Shown here: one piece after another, positions 50,681 through 61,196 of the stretch
How the letters are laid out: each line of letters begins with the position of its first letter
Position numbering within the stretch: the first letter of the stretch is position 1
IMG/VR virus record: IMGVR_UViG_3300037484_000374
Coordinates: 64,001 to 128,000 of that record
Length of the DNA stretch: 64,000 nt
Direction: 5' to 3' (one strand)
Source of the DNA: a virus
Made by a program: the position numbers and the translations under genes
The notes under the pieces: generated by a model
The model's database searches: none
Seen by the model: the letters and a program-made list of their open reading frames with translations, nothing else
Told to the model about the DNA's origin: nothing

Positions 50681-51790
50681 ATGGATGCATATTGGATAAA
50701 CCCACAAGGAAAAATATTACAATTGACAGGGGGGACACATATAAAGATAGTTTTTGATAATCCAAATAAGTTTGGATTATCAAAACAATCAATTCAAAAA
50801 ATATATGATAAATATAACGAAAATTATGGAATAGAAGGAAAGGCGAGAGATGAAATTATCACAAAGATCATCCAACGAGGCTATGTTCGTATCAGAGAAT
50901 ACAAGAACAGGTGGAGCGTTCAGGTATGGAAGATCAATAATAAAGTAAATGATACATTATGGGTATGGGCAAAGACCGTATTACCCAAAGCAAGTGATAA
51001 ATTTGCTGATATAGACATCACAGAAATTGGTGGAAGGAAAGGTTTAATGAGAACATCTTTATCAAAATTGGCAAGTGGTGGAAGTATTTCAGAAGAAGAA
51101 AAAGAATTGGCAGAACGGCATGTTCGTTTTGTAGACTCGATTGATGATTTTGATGATTATGTTCCAGAGACAGAAGAAGAAATATCAGAAAAATATATAG
51201 TCAATGAATCATCATTGTCAAGGCTATGGAAACACAATACAGAACACGATTGTGGGGCTTTAACGGCATGGCGTAGAGCAGAGGGTTGTGGTGAGGGTAG
51301 ATTATATACACATAAGGAAAACCAACAACGTAATAAATCACTCAGAGCAAAATTAATGGCCATGGGCTATTCTGTAACTGTGATATCTGGAAAATACCCA
51401 GAGGGTGGTAAAACATCCAAGGAAGATAGTTATTTTGTCGTTGACATGGATGACGATGGACAGCTTGAAAAGGATTTACTGAAACTCGGAGAAATCTTTG
51501 AGCAGGATTCCATATTGTTTGTTCCAAAGGGTGCTGTTGAAAGAAAACAGAAAGCACTTTTAATAGGAACAAATCATTGTCCTAATGGATTCCCTGGGTA
51601 TGGTAAAAAACTTGAATTTGAAAAGGGCAAATTTGGTGTTAATAGCCCTATATATACATCATATGTTAATGGCCGACCATTTATATTTGAAACTCTTGAG
51701 ATGACAACACTCCACAGGCAAGGTAATGGTATGGGGGTCTGGGCAACATATCTCATAGCAAAAAAAGGTTGGCAAGACATAGACGTATAA
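50681..51790 (+). CDS. Late two-domain hypothetical protein
   Basis: Late promoter 50653; C-terminal domain ESSLSRLW...ENQQRNKSL...FEQDSILF; terminator at about 51807-51856. Confidence 0.75.
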   Translation: MDAYWINPQGKILQLTGGTHIKIVFDNPNKFGLSKQSIQKIYDKYNENYGIEGKARDEIITKIIQRGYVRIREYKNRWSVQVWKINNKVNDTLWVWAKTVLPKASDKFADIDITEIGGRKGLMRTSLSKLASGGSISEEEKELAERHVRFVDSIDDFDDYVPETEEEISEKYIVNESSLSRLWKHNTEHDCGALTAWRRAEGCGEGRLYTHKENQQRNKSLRAKLMAMGYSVTVISGKYPEGGKTSKEDSYFVVDMDDDGQLEKDLLKLGEIFEQDSILFVPKGAVERKQKALLIGTNHCPNGFPGYGKKLEFEKGKFGVNSPIYTSYVNGRPFIFETLEMTTLHRQGNGMGVWATYLIAKKGWQDIDV

Positions 51791-51904
51791 AAATAAGAAC
51801 ACTTTGAAAACCCCTCTTTTTCTTTGATATCAAGGAATTGGGGTTTTTCTTTTTTGTCGTTATTTTAAATTTTTTATATAAATACTATTAAGGGAGTAAC
51901 GAAA

Positions 51905-52186
51905 ATGGAGATTTATGAAAAATATCTTCTTGAAACCTTACCGGATGGCTGGACAAAAGACAGCGTTCAAAAGTTTGCCAAGACGATAGCGGCAAGCACT
52001 GACAAGGAAGGTTTCTTCAAGAAGTGAGTGGAGAGAATGTCACAGCATTTGGATGATGCTGAAATGGTTAACGGTCTTTGTGCCAGTATGCTTGATAAAG
52101 CTAAAGGCAGTACATATTGGAGAGGTTCACATAAGACAGCGGCGCAGGCAAAGAAGGATGTAGCGGCACACCAAAATGTAAAATGA
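51905..52186 (+). CDS. Late 93-aa protein with one in-frame TGA (codon 41, 52025-52027): selenoprotein candidate or pseudogene
   Basis: Late promoter 51877 and SD AGGGAG; the frame continues 52 codons past the TGA; hairpin at 52043-52061. Confidence 0.65.
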
Positions 52187-52207
52187 TGCAATTAATGCAG
52201 AGGAAAT

Positions 52208-52417
52208 ATGATACAGGCAAAAATAATCAAGACAGAGACTGAGTACGACCATGCGCTGCTCCGCATTGATGAGTTAATGAATGCGACCCCAGACACGCCG
52301 GAAGGTGATGAGCTTGAGTTGCTTATTACCCTGATTGAGCTTTATGAGGCGAAAGAGTATGCCATTGACCTGCCGGATGCGGTCAGTGCTATAAAATTCC
52401 GTATGGAGCAACAGTAA
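52208..52417 (+). CDS. HigA-type antitoxin N-terminal domain only (no HTH)
   Basis: IIKTETEYDHALLRIDELMNATPDTPEGDELELL..LIELYE...AIKFRMEQQ, then stop; locally higher GC. Confidence 0.8.
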   Translation: MIQAKIIKTETEYDHALLRIDELMNATPDTPEGDELELLITLIELYEAKEYAIDLPDAVSAIKFRMEQQ

Positions 52418-52615
52418 AACAAAATTTTTTCATCAAAATATAAGAAAGAATTAAGCAAAATAGAACGAATAGTATTATTGAAAAATGGTGTGATGATCAT
52501 GGTATGAAATATAGCAATACAAAATATCACATCAGAATGGGAAACAATTATAGATGATATACTATAAAAAAACAGTAAAATATAAATTGTAAAATATGTA
52601 TAAAAAGGATGATAA

Positions 52616-53164
52616 ATGGTAAATGGTAAAGCAAAAGGAAGTGGATATGAGAGACAAATATGTAAACATCTCAGTATTTGGATACAAGGTACCGAAAAAC
52701 CATATCTTTTTTGGAGACAACCGGCAAGTGGTGGATTGTCAACTATAGACGGACGTAATAGTGAAAACTTATCAGGAGATATAAGGTCTATTAATACAAC
52801 TTCGGAATGGTTTTGTGGAATATATAGTGTTGAGATAAAGACCGGTTATCCTGATGCATCACTTGATAAGTTTTTAAAATATAATAAGTCTGACCCCCTT
52901 AGAGCGTTCTGGGTTCAGTGCATAGATGATGCAAATCTTTCCGAGAAAAGACCATTGCTCATCTATAAGAAGAAAGGGATGCCTACCCCTTGGGTTGGTA
53001 TTGATGAAAATGTAAAGAAGATTCTGGCCAAAGAATTAAAAGGTTTGAGGTTTGTGATGTTACATTGGGCAGAAGATTTACCGGACACATATCTTTATGA
53101 GTATAAGGAATTCTTTGATACGATAACACCCGAATTAATGAAGAAAAGGTTTAATATAAAATGA
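52616..53164 (+). CDS. Holliday-junction resolvase-like PD-(D/E)xK nuclease
   Basis: GKAKGSGYERQIC, SGG, GDI, VEIK. Confidence 0.75.
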   Translation: MVNGKAKGSGYERQICKHLSIWIQGTEKPYLFWRQPASGGLSTIDGRNSENLSGDIRSINTTSEWFCGIYSVEIKTGYPDASLDKFLKYNKSDPLRAFWVQCIDDANLSEKRPLLIYKKKGMPTPWVGIDENVKKILAKELKGLRFVMLHWAEDLPDTYLYEYKEFFDTITPELMKKRFNIK

Positions 53165-54433
53165 ATATCCAGATAACACCAACAGAATTTGAAAATCTAA
53201 TGTTGTTATACATTGAAAATATAACAATGAAAAGATCGGAAGCGGTTGGTGACAAGATGGAAACCTTTACAAGTGAAGTAGTAGATAAGGCTATTGATAA
53301 CCTGTTACTTCAAATGCAAACAAATTTCTCCCCGAAAGAGAAGCTAAACGCAAAACGTTTAATCTCTGAAATAACATCGGGTAAAAACATAATTATAATA
53401 ACATAAAACTATGAGCAAAATAACAGTAACACCAGATGAGTTTGTTGATTTCGTAATATCGTTTTTGTTAAATAAAATGATACACAAGAAAGAGATGTTG
53501 GGTGATAACGAGAGATTTAACGATATCGTGGAAAGAATGGAGAGAGGTGGTTTGAAATCACATCTTCTACAAGCATTTCTGAAATTCGATTCTCAACAAA
53601 GGATGCAGTTTAAAAGAATAAAAGATGTATTTGAAGGGAAAGATAATGTCAGAAATACTATTGATATTCTCCCAGACAGAACATCCAAAGAAAAAGCTTT
53701 CCGTAACAAGGGTGATAACAGTTTTCTTAATGAAATTATTAAAAGAGTAATAAAAGAGGCGAGGAGCTACAGGATCAGAACAGGTTGTCTTATTTCAAAC
53801 GACAAAATGGAAAGGTTGATTGACAAAGTGTTAACAGAAGAGTATAATAAGGAGAGTAAATAATGGGTGCATTTACAGATGGAACAACACCAGCAGATTC
53901 AGCGGCGACTGACAAGGGAGTATCAACAGGTACGGTGGCAACAGGAGAAACACCAGAAGGTTTCGCAACAGATGTTGAGGGGTGTAGAGCAGATGCCGAA
54001 GTAAAGGTTGGAACCGAAAATTATCCTGTATTTGATGTTGATGATAAAGAGTTTTATCAGAATATGAAGTACGGACGAAAAAGATTACGATTCGGTGCTG
54101 AGTCAAAAGCTGGAACGTATCTAAGGGGAACCAGATATAAAAGACCATTTTTTGTTCGTCATACTGATCCAAATGGTAAGGCGTATATAAGAAAAATTGA
54201 AAAATAATCTCAAACGACAGGTGAGCAAAATACCTAAAAGAAAAAAGAAGGTCTATGGTCATTGTGAACTTTGTAAAAAAAACTTTGATAGTAGTAAAAT
54301 ATATAAAGGTGTTTGTGAAGGTTGTTTAGATGGTATATTAGATACATGGGAAGATATGTATCACAAAAGTGCCTATGGTGATAAACTGAAACGTGTAGTA
54401 TAAATTGTGATTTAAAATAAACAGGTATATAAT

Positions 54434-55366
54434 ATGTCTAAGAAAATTGTGGTTGTTGGTTCAGGTGCAGAGCACTTGGGTATACGCAGTGATATACCTA
54501 TTGTAAATAATAAGTTTGCAAACGGTGAAATAAATTTTCAATACAAGAAAAGTGTGCGTGGTAAAATTGTAAATATAATTCAATCATTTCCAGATACCAA
54601 CAACAATATAATGGAATTGATGTTGATGATCGATGCCGCCAAGAGAGCGGGAGCATCAGCGGTTAATGTTCTTTTAACCATATTCCCATACTCAAGACAG
54701 GACAAGAAACACGATAGTGGTACTCCCATATCAGCCAAAGTTGTATGTGAAATGTTATGTTCTGTCAGACCATCTAGAGTAGTTACAATAGACTTACATG
54801 CCGCACAAATACAGGGGTTCATGCCTAACAAGGTTGGGTTTGATCATATAAATTCTTGTGCGTTCCTCGCATACCATCTCAAAAAACAAATAGACGATAT
54901 AGAAGATTGGGTGTTTTGTTCACCGGACATTGGGGCAGTTAAAGGAACTCTAAAACTCGGTGGTTTATGTGGTGCTCAAGATTATGTAATCATCAACAAG
55001 ACCAGAAAGAAAATAAATGAAGTTGATTCAATGGATGTTATCGGTGAAGTGGGTGGTAGAAAGGTGTTGATATTTGATGATATCATTGATACGGCTGGAA
55101 CCCTTGAGTGTGCTATGAAGAATATATTCAAACTTGGGGCTTCTGATGTGGCCGCTATAGCCACTCATGGGGTGTTTTCTGGACCAGCATTTGATAGATT
55201 AAAAGGTCATAAGGTATATGTTACAAATACTTTACCGATCAGTGAAGATCGACCATCAACGTTAACGGTTTTTAACATTGATAAATTTGTACTTAATATA
55301 ATAAACAGGCTTAATAACGATGAGATGTTAAGTCCTTTATTTGAAAAATGGGAGGAAGTAAAATGA
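54434..55366 (+). CDS. prs: Ribose-phosphate pyrophosphokinase
   Basis: FANGEI, PYSRQDKK, DLHAAQIQGF, PDIGAV, DDIIDTAGTL, ATHGVFSG. Confidence 0.95.
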   Translation: MSKKIVVVGSGAEHLGIRSDIPIVNNKFANGEINFQYKKSVRGKIVNIIQSFPDTNNNIMELMLMIDAAKRAGASAVNVLLTIFPYSRQDKKHDSGTPISAKVVCEMLCSVRPSRVVTIDLHAAQIQGFMPNKVGFDHINSCAFLAYHLKKQIDDIEDWVFCSPDIGAVKGTLKLGGLCGAQDYVIINKTRKKINEVDSMDVIGEVGGRKVLIFDDIIDTAGTLECAMKNIFKLGASDVAAIATHGVFSGPAFDRLKGHKVYVTNTLPISEDRPSTLTVFNIDKFVLNIINRLNNDEMLSPLFEKWEEVK

Positions 55367-55604
55367 TTAATTTGTTTTTTAATATGATTATTGTTATGTT
55401 TGGGTTGATTATAATGCCTATATTGTCTATTATGGTTTTATATGTACTTGTCGGTGTAATTATAGTCGCTTATCTTATCATTATAATGGCTATCGATTTG
55501 ATTGGTCTATTGATTAGATGGGTATATAACATGTATAATTCAATCATTTCCAGATACCAACATTGGAAATACAATAGACTGTCAATGACAAAGAGAGACA
55601 AATA

Positions 55605-56486
55605 ATGGCGAAGGTAATGTTCGATTTTAACAACTTGGCTATACGAACAGTTTTCAGTGCTGATGTTCTCACAAGAAATGATAAGAAAGAAATCATCGAT
55701 GTGGATTGGGAAACATGGAGACTTTATACCTTCTCAAGTTTATACGGTGCGTTGTTTGCTGTAAAGAACGTGAGTGAGATTATAGTTGCTATCGATTCTA
55801 AGCCATCGTGGCGGCTTGGGATATGGAATCGATACAAGGAATCTCGGAAAGCAAAACGAGATGTTTCAACTCTCGATTGGGATTTATTTTTTGTAAATTA
55901 CAACCAGCTTATAGCCGATCTAAAGACCCATTTCCCATTTAAGTTTATGGAAGTGCCGAGATGTGAGGCTGATGATATTATAGGGGTTTTGACTCTTAAC
56001 ACAGAAGAGAAGATTCATATCATATCAATGGATAAGGACTTTCTACAATTAAGCTGTGATCGGGTTAGTATATATGATCCCCTTAAAAAAACAAATGTGT
56101 CACATCCAAATCCAGATATTTTCTTGATCGAGCAATGTTTAATTGGCCAGAAAAAAGATGATATCTATAATATTATCACACCCCTTGATCATCCTCATGG
56201 AAAGAGAAAACCAGGGTTTGGTCCAGCGGCACTTGAAAAAGTTATGGTATATGGGTGGTATGGGTGGTTACAAGATAATAATCTGGTTGACCGGTTCAAG
56301 TTCAACCTTCGCCTAATGGATTTCAGAATGATACCGGAAGATGTCAAAGCGACAGTGCTGAAAGAGTATAATGATTATGTTCTTCCACCACCTGATATGA
56401 TTTATAACTTTTTCAAAGATCATGAGTGGCCTACATATATTGAGAAATTAACGGCTGTAGAGAATAACCTATACAGACTATATTAA
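55605..56486 (+). CDS. rnh: T4-like RNase H / 5'-3' exonuclease
   Basis: DFNNLA, WR...YKESRK, EADDIIG, ISMDKDFLQL. Confidence 0.9.
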   Translation: MAKVMFDFNNLAIRTVFSADVLTRNDKKEIIDVDWETWRLYTFSSLYGALFAVKNVSEIIVAIDSKPSWRLGIWNRYKESRKAKRDVSTLDWDLFFVNYNQLIADLKTHFPFKFMEVPRCEADDIIGVLTLNTEEKIHIISMDKDFLQLSCDRVSIYDPLKKTNVSHPNPDIFLIEQCLIGQKKDDIYNIITPLDHPHGKRKPGFGPAALEKVMVYGWYGWLQDNNLVDRFKFNLRLMDFRMIPEDVKATVLKEYNDYVLPPPDMIYNFFKDHEWPTYIEKLTAVENNLYRLY

Positions 56487-56715
56487 CTCGCAAAATGTGG
56501 CGATATAACGAGACTATCTGGGGTTAAGTCGCAACACATGCCGACTCGACTTAAATCAAAATAGGGTAAGAAAAAGTTTTACCCTATCAAAAATTTAAAA
56601 ATATTTTATGTAGCAAAATAGGATACTTATATATAACGGTACTGATATTACTACTAAAATTTTTTGAGACTATTTAGAACAACTTTTATAAATAAAACTG
56701 TAAGAAGGAGAAAAC

Positions 56716-57153
56716 ATGATATTGAATGTTGTTTATTTACCTCATTATTTCGGTGATCTTCTCAGATATGAAACCGATGGAAGTTCTGGTTTTGACTTGA
56801 GGGCAAGTGAGGGTGGTAGATTAAGATCACTGCAAAGGACTATTGTTAAAACAGGGTTGAAAATAGGAATCCCATCAGGTTTTGAAATGCAGATAAGACC
56901 ACGTTCTGGTTGTGCTATAAAAAACGGATTAACCATTATTAATTCTCCTGGGACAATAGATTCTGATTTCACCGGAGAAATTGGAATTCTATTAATCAAC
57001 CTATCGGATGGAGATCAGATTTGGGAGGCTGGTGATAGATTGGCACAGGGTGTTATATGTCCAGTTGTGCATGTTGTTAGATTTTGGCCGGTTGAGGAAT
57101 TGGATGAAACAGAACGAGGTAATGGTGCTTATAACAGCACCGGAAGGAAATAA
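56716..57153 (+). CDS. dut: dUTPase (trimeric)
   Basis: GFDLRA, IRPRSG, NSPGTIDSDFTGEI, RLAQ, RGNGAYNSTG. Confidence 0.95.
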   Translation: MILNVVYLPHYFGDLLRYETDGSSGFDLRASEGGRLRSLQRTIVKTGLKIGIPSGFEMQIRPRSGCAIKNGLTIINSPGTIDSDFTGEIGILLINLSDGDQIWEAGDRLAQGVICPVVHVVRFWPVEELDETERGNGAYNSTGRK

Positions 57154-57434
57154 AATGTCAGTAGATATTAATAAGATGTTACAGGATTCGATGGTCATCA
57201 CATAGCAAGACGAACAAGAGAAATATTGGGGTATAAGAAGGGTGATCTAAAATGTTGTATGTGTGGAAATATGGAAGCAACAAATAACAGACAACGAACA
57301 GCGTATCCAGATTCGGATAATATGTGTGTATTGTGTCCAGTTTGTCAAGAGGACGCAGATAAACATTGGGATGAAGTGTGGGCTGACTACTACTCATCAA
57401 GAATGTAAAAAATTAAACTAATAAAGGGGAGTTA

Positions 57435-60299
57435 ATGTATTTAAAAGTAACATACGCACAACAATTTGATGATTTGATCATGCATCTGAAATCAAAGTAT
57501 CCGAGAAGATTATTTGACATGGAGGGTATAGGTAAACAAACAGATATGTCCTTGTTTTCAAAGGATTTTTTCACAACGAAAACAGTAACATCTGATGTAT
57601 CTGTTGATGACAACAGTAACGTTGATGATATGTCGGTTATAACATATACCAAGGAACTACCAAAACCTTTCTTCAAGCTGAACAGCTACTATGTTCTATG
57701 GAAGAAAATGAAACAACTATATGGTAAAGCAAGAGCAAATGAAATTGTCGAGAAACAATTGACAGGTGATATTTATATCAATGATTTTACAGGTGTAGGT
57801 GCTGGAATACCGTATTGTATGAATTACAGCACGTATGATGTGGCCCTGTTGGGATTGCCGATGATCAAAAAAATTATCAGTAGTCCACCAAAATATTTAT
57901 ATTCTTTCAAATCACAGCTGGAACAGTTCGTTGTGATTGCGGCGAACAGCACACTTGGGGCCACCGGCCTTGCAGATATGTTGATTGTCATGGCTTATTA
58001 TGTTGATAAGATTTTTAGAACTGGAAAAGATGCAAGTTTTGCATTTGCCTCAGAAGAGGATGCTTGGTTATATATAAAGGAAACCATTGTGTCTTTTATA
58101 TATACAGTGAACCAACCAAACCGTGGTAATCAGTGCGTAACAGAGGATACAGAAGTTTTAACACCTGTTGGATTTAAAACATATGATATGTTATCAGAAG
58201 GCGATAGCATCTATACATGGGATAACGGCAAACTCAATATTCAAAAGGTTGATAGAGTTAATGTATATGATTATGATGGTGAAATGCACTGCTATACCGG
58301 AAGGGATTTTTGCCAGTGCGTAACACCAAACCATAGAATACTACACAAGAAGAATAATAATAGGGATGAGTATTTATTATCAGAGTCATGTAATCTAATA
58401 GATAAAAAAACTCCATTAACAGTGCCAGTGGCAATGATAGAGGATGACAGAGAAGATTATAATATATCTGATGATATGTTAAAACTTTGTGTTATGATTT
58501 TAACAGATGGGAATATCGATACAGAAAAAAATGGTAGGATTAAATTATATAAGTCACCCAAAAGGTATGGTAACAAATTAATAAAAGAAACTTTGGAATC
58601 ATTGGGGGTGGATTATAGTCTTATAGAAAGACCATCTGTTTTTGATGGAACAGTAAACCATTATGATATAACAACAGATAACTCACAAGAAATTTTAAAT
58701 ATATTAAATAGTACAAAAAAAGAACTACCCGATTGGTTTTTTAATCTTAGCAAAAGACAAGCAAATATAGCTATTGATTTATGGTCTAAATTTGATGGTT
58801 ATAACGGTGATAATAGACAAAAGTTACAGTGTGATAATTATAAAATTGCGGATCAACTACAACATGTTTGTTTTCTTGCTGGGAGAGGAAGCAGAATAAC
58901 AAGCAGACTAATTGGCAACAATAAAAAAGAAACAATATATCTCATTCCTTATAATAGAATTAATAAGGATGCATGTAAAAAAGAAAAAATTCACTATAAA
59001 GGAAAAGTGTGGTGTCCATCAACAAAAGACGGGGTTGTTGTTTTTAGAAAAAATGGAAAGGTTTTTATATCTGGAAACTCACCATTCACCAATATTTCAA
59101 TATTTGATGATAATTTCCTTAATGAATTAGCACCAGATTATCGATTCGTTGAGGGTGATGAAGTCATAACTCCAAAGGTATCGACAATCAAAAAGCTACA
59201 AGAAATGTTTCTTCATTCGATGAACCATGAACTAAGACGAACACCTATAACATTCCCAATAACAACGGCGTGTTTTAGTGTTGATGAGGATCATAATATT
59301 CAGGATGAGAACTTTTTAGATTTGATCAGCAAAGAAAATATAGAATTCGGATTTATTAATATGTATGCTGGAAAAACATCAACGTTATCAAGCTGTTGCA
59401 GACTTCGCAGTGATAAATCAAACGAATACTTTAACTCTTTTGGGTCTGGTTCAACCAAGATAGGAAGCCTTGGAGTGTGTACAATTAACTTACCGAGAAT
59501 AGCCTTTGAAAATAAAGGAAACTCAGAGGCTTTTATTGATAAGCTGATTGAACTTGCTGTTGATTGTCAGCATGTAAATAATGCAAAAAGAAGCATTATT
59601 AAAAAGCGTATTGAGTCCGGTAACCTTCCACTGTATGATCATGGGTTTATGGATATAAACAAACAATATTCCACCATCGGTGTTAATGGCTTCTATGAGG
59701 CCGTAACTGAAATGGGATATGATATAATGTCAAATGAAGGACAGGAATTTGCCATAATGATTTTAGAAACCCTGAACACTGTAAATGATAGACTACAGAA
59801 ACAATACGAAGCACCTCATAATGTCGAGCAGGTTCCTGGGGAAAGCCTCAGTGTTAAGTTGGCCTCTAAAGATAAGCTGTTTAGGATTCAGGACAAATAT
59901 GATTTTTACTCTAACCAATTTATCCCCCTTATATGTAAAGCTGATTTGTTAGACAGAATAACATTGCAGGGATTATTTGATAGCCATTTCAGCGGCGGGG
60001 CCATTGCTCATTTAAATGTAGAGCAGAGAATTGAGGACTATAATATTGTAAAGAAATTGATTCGTAGTGCTGTGAAGAAAGGTGTTATCTATTTCGCCGT
60101 GAATTACACGTTACAGCGATGTGCAAAGAGTCACATGAGTGTCGGTAGGGGTGATAAGTGCTACTGTGGTGCTGATATAATAGAGACATATCAACGAGTT
60201 GTTGGTTTTCTCACAGCGACACGCACATGGAATAAGACCAGAAGAGAGCTTGACGAGCCAAATAGGGTGTTTTATAAAAACAGTGATATAAAATTTTAA
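57435..60299 (+). CDS. nrdD: Anaerobic ribonucleoside-triphosphate reductase, intein-containing
   Basis: PYC, SSCCRL finger loop, GSLGVCTINLPR, VPGES, C-terminal RVVGF glycyl-radical motif. Confidence 0.95.
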   Translation: MYLKVTYAQQFDDLIMHLKSKYPRRLFDMEGIGKQTDMSLFSKDFFTTKTVTSDVSVDDNSNVDDMSVITYTKELPKPFFKLNSYYVLWKKMKQLYGKARANEIVEKQLTGDIYINDFTGVGAGIPYCMNYSTYDVALLGLPMIKKIISSPPKYLYSFKSQLEQFVVIAANSTLGATGLADMLIVMAYYVDKIFRTGKDASFAFASEEDAWLYIKETIVSFIYTVNQPNRGNQCVTEDTEVLTPVGFKTYDMLSEGDSIYTWDNGKLNIQKVDRVNVYDYDGEMHCYTGRDFCQCVTPNHRILHKKNNNRDEYLLSESCNLIDKKTPLTVPVAMIEDDREDYNISDDMLKLCVMILTDGNIDTEKNGRIKLYKSPKRYGNKLIKETLESLGVDYSLIERPSVFDGTVNHYDITTDNSQEILNILNSTKKELPDWFFNLSKRQANIAIDLWSKFDGYNGDNRQKLQCDNYKIADQLQHVCFLAGRGSRITSRLIGNNKKETIYLIPYNRINKDACKKEKIHYKGKVWCPSTKDGVVVFRKNGKVFISGNSPFTNISIFDDNFLNELAPDYRFVEGDEVITPKVSTIKKLQEMFLHSMNHELRRTPITFPITTACFSVDEDHNIQDENFLDLISKENIEFGFINMYAGKTSTLSSCCRLRSDKSNEYFNSFGSGSTKIGSLGVCTINLPRIAFENKGNSEAFIDKLIELAVDCQHVNNAKRSIIKKRIESGNLPLYDHGFMDINKQYSTIGVNGFYEAVTEMGYDIMSNEGQEFAIMILETLNTVNDRLQKQYEAPHNVEQVPGESLSVKLASKDKLFRIQDKYDFYSNQFIPLICKADLLDRITLQGLFDSHFSGGAIAHLNVEQRIEDYNIVKKLIRSAVKKGVIYFAVNYTLQRCAKSHMSVGRGDKCYCGADIIETYQRVVGFLTATRTWNKTRRELDEPNRVFYKNSDIKF
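58134..59078 (+). mobile_element. Intein (315 aa) with LAGLIDADG-type endonuclease in NrdD
   Basis: Q|CVTEDTEVLT, block B VTPNHRIL, MILTDG and KFDG helices, VWCPST...ISGN|S. Confidence 0.93.
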
Positions 60300-60463
60300 A
60301 AATAAACCATTATAGTTGACATCACGGGTATATTTTAGTATAATGTATAAAAAGAAAAGAAGATCACCGAAATTTTTTATTAATTCTATGAAAAATATAA
60401 TAAATAAGGGATATATAGCTTTTAAAAACAAAAATTATAGTAAAGTATTTATAGGAGAAAATT

Positions 60464-60931
60464 ATGAATATTGCAGGTGTTGATTATACGTTAAAAACAC
60501 AGTCTATAGATATATATCTATCAGGCTGTCATCCACCACATTGTCAGGGTTGTCACAATCCAGAGGCATGGGATTTTAATGTGGGTCACCCATATGATGA
60601 GGTTACTTGTAAACTTATCTTAGAAAAGATTGCCAATAATTCAGATATCGTTGATAACATTTTTGTTATGGGTGGGGAACCACTTGACCAACCATTATTT
60701 GAATTGATGACCCTTCTTGGTGATCTAAGAGAAGCGGGAAAAGCAATCTGGTTGTTTACTCGATATGAACTCGATGATATTTCTCCAGAAATAGGTATAA
60801 TGTGTGATTATATAAAGACAGGCCGATATGTTGAATCACTGACATACGGAACCGTTGAAAGATACGGTCTAAAATTAGCCACCCTAAATCAAAGAGTGTG
60901 GAAAAGGGGAGTAGATTATTTCAATGAATAA
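60464..60931 (+). CDS. nrdG: Anaerobic RNR activating radical-SAM enzyme
   Basis: GCHPPHCQGCHNPE, MGGEPLDQ, YIKTGRY, NQR. Confidence 0.92.
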   Translation: MNIAGVDYTLKTQSIDIYLSGCHPPHCQGCHNPEAWDFNVGHPYDEVTCKLILEKIANNSDIVDNIFVMGGEPLDQPLFELMTLLGDLREAGKAIWLFTRYELDDISPEIGIMCDYIKTGRYVESLTYGTVERYGLKLATLNQRVWKRGVDYFNE

Positions 60932-61196
60932 GCAACAGCAACCACAACAGATTAGTTTTGATGTTAGGCAAGCGGAAACAATGGTTTGTCCAAAATGTAA
61001 CTGTCCTGTATGGGATACTAAAACAGTTCTGAAACGTGTATCAGCTATTATAGCTGGAACAGAGCAGATTGCCCAAGTACCAGTTTTGGTTTGTGCAAAT
61101 TGCGGAACCTGTGCCCCGGGAACAGAAGCCATTATCGGTGAAGTAAAAGCACCAGAAGGAGTACCATCAACAATACTTACAAAATAAGAGGATAAT

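Noticed and set aside
54434-55366. NARP1 NAD-reconstitution (Adps/Namat) system
   Set aside because: The Prs looks canonical and no Nampt-like partner gene is adjacent in this window.
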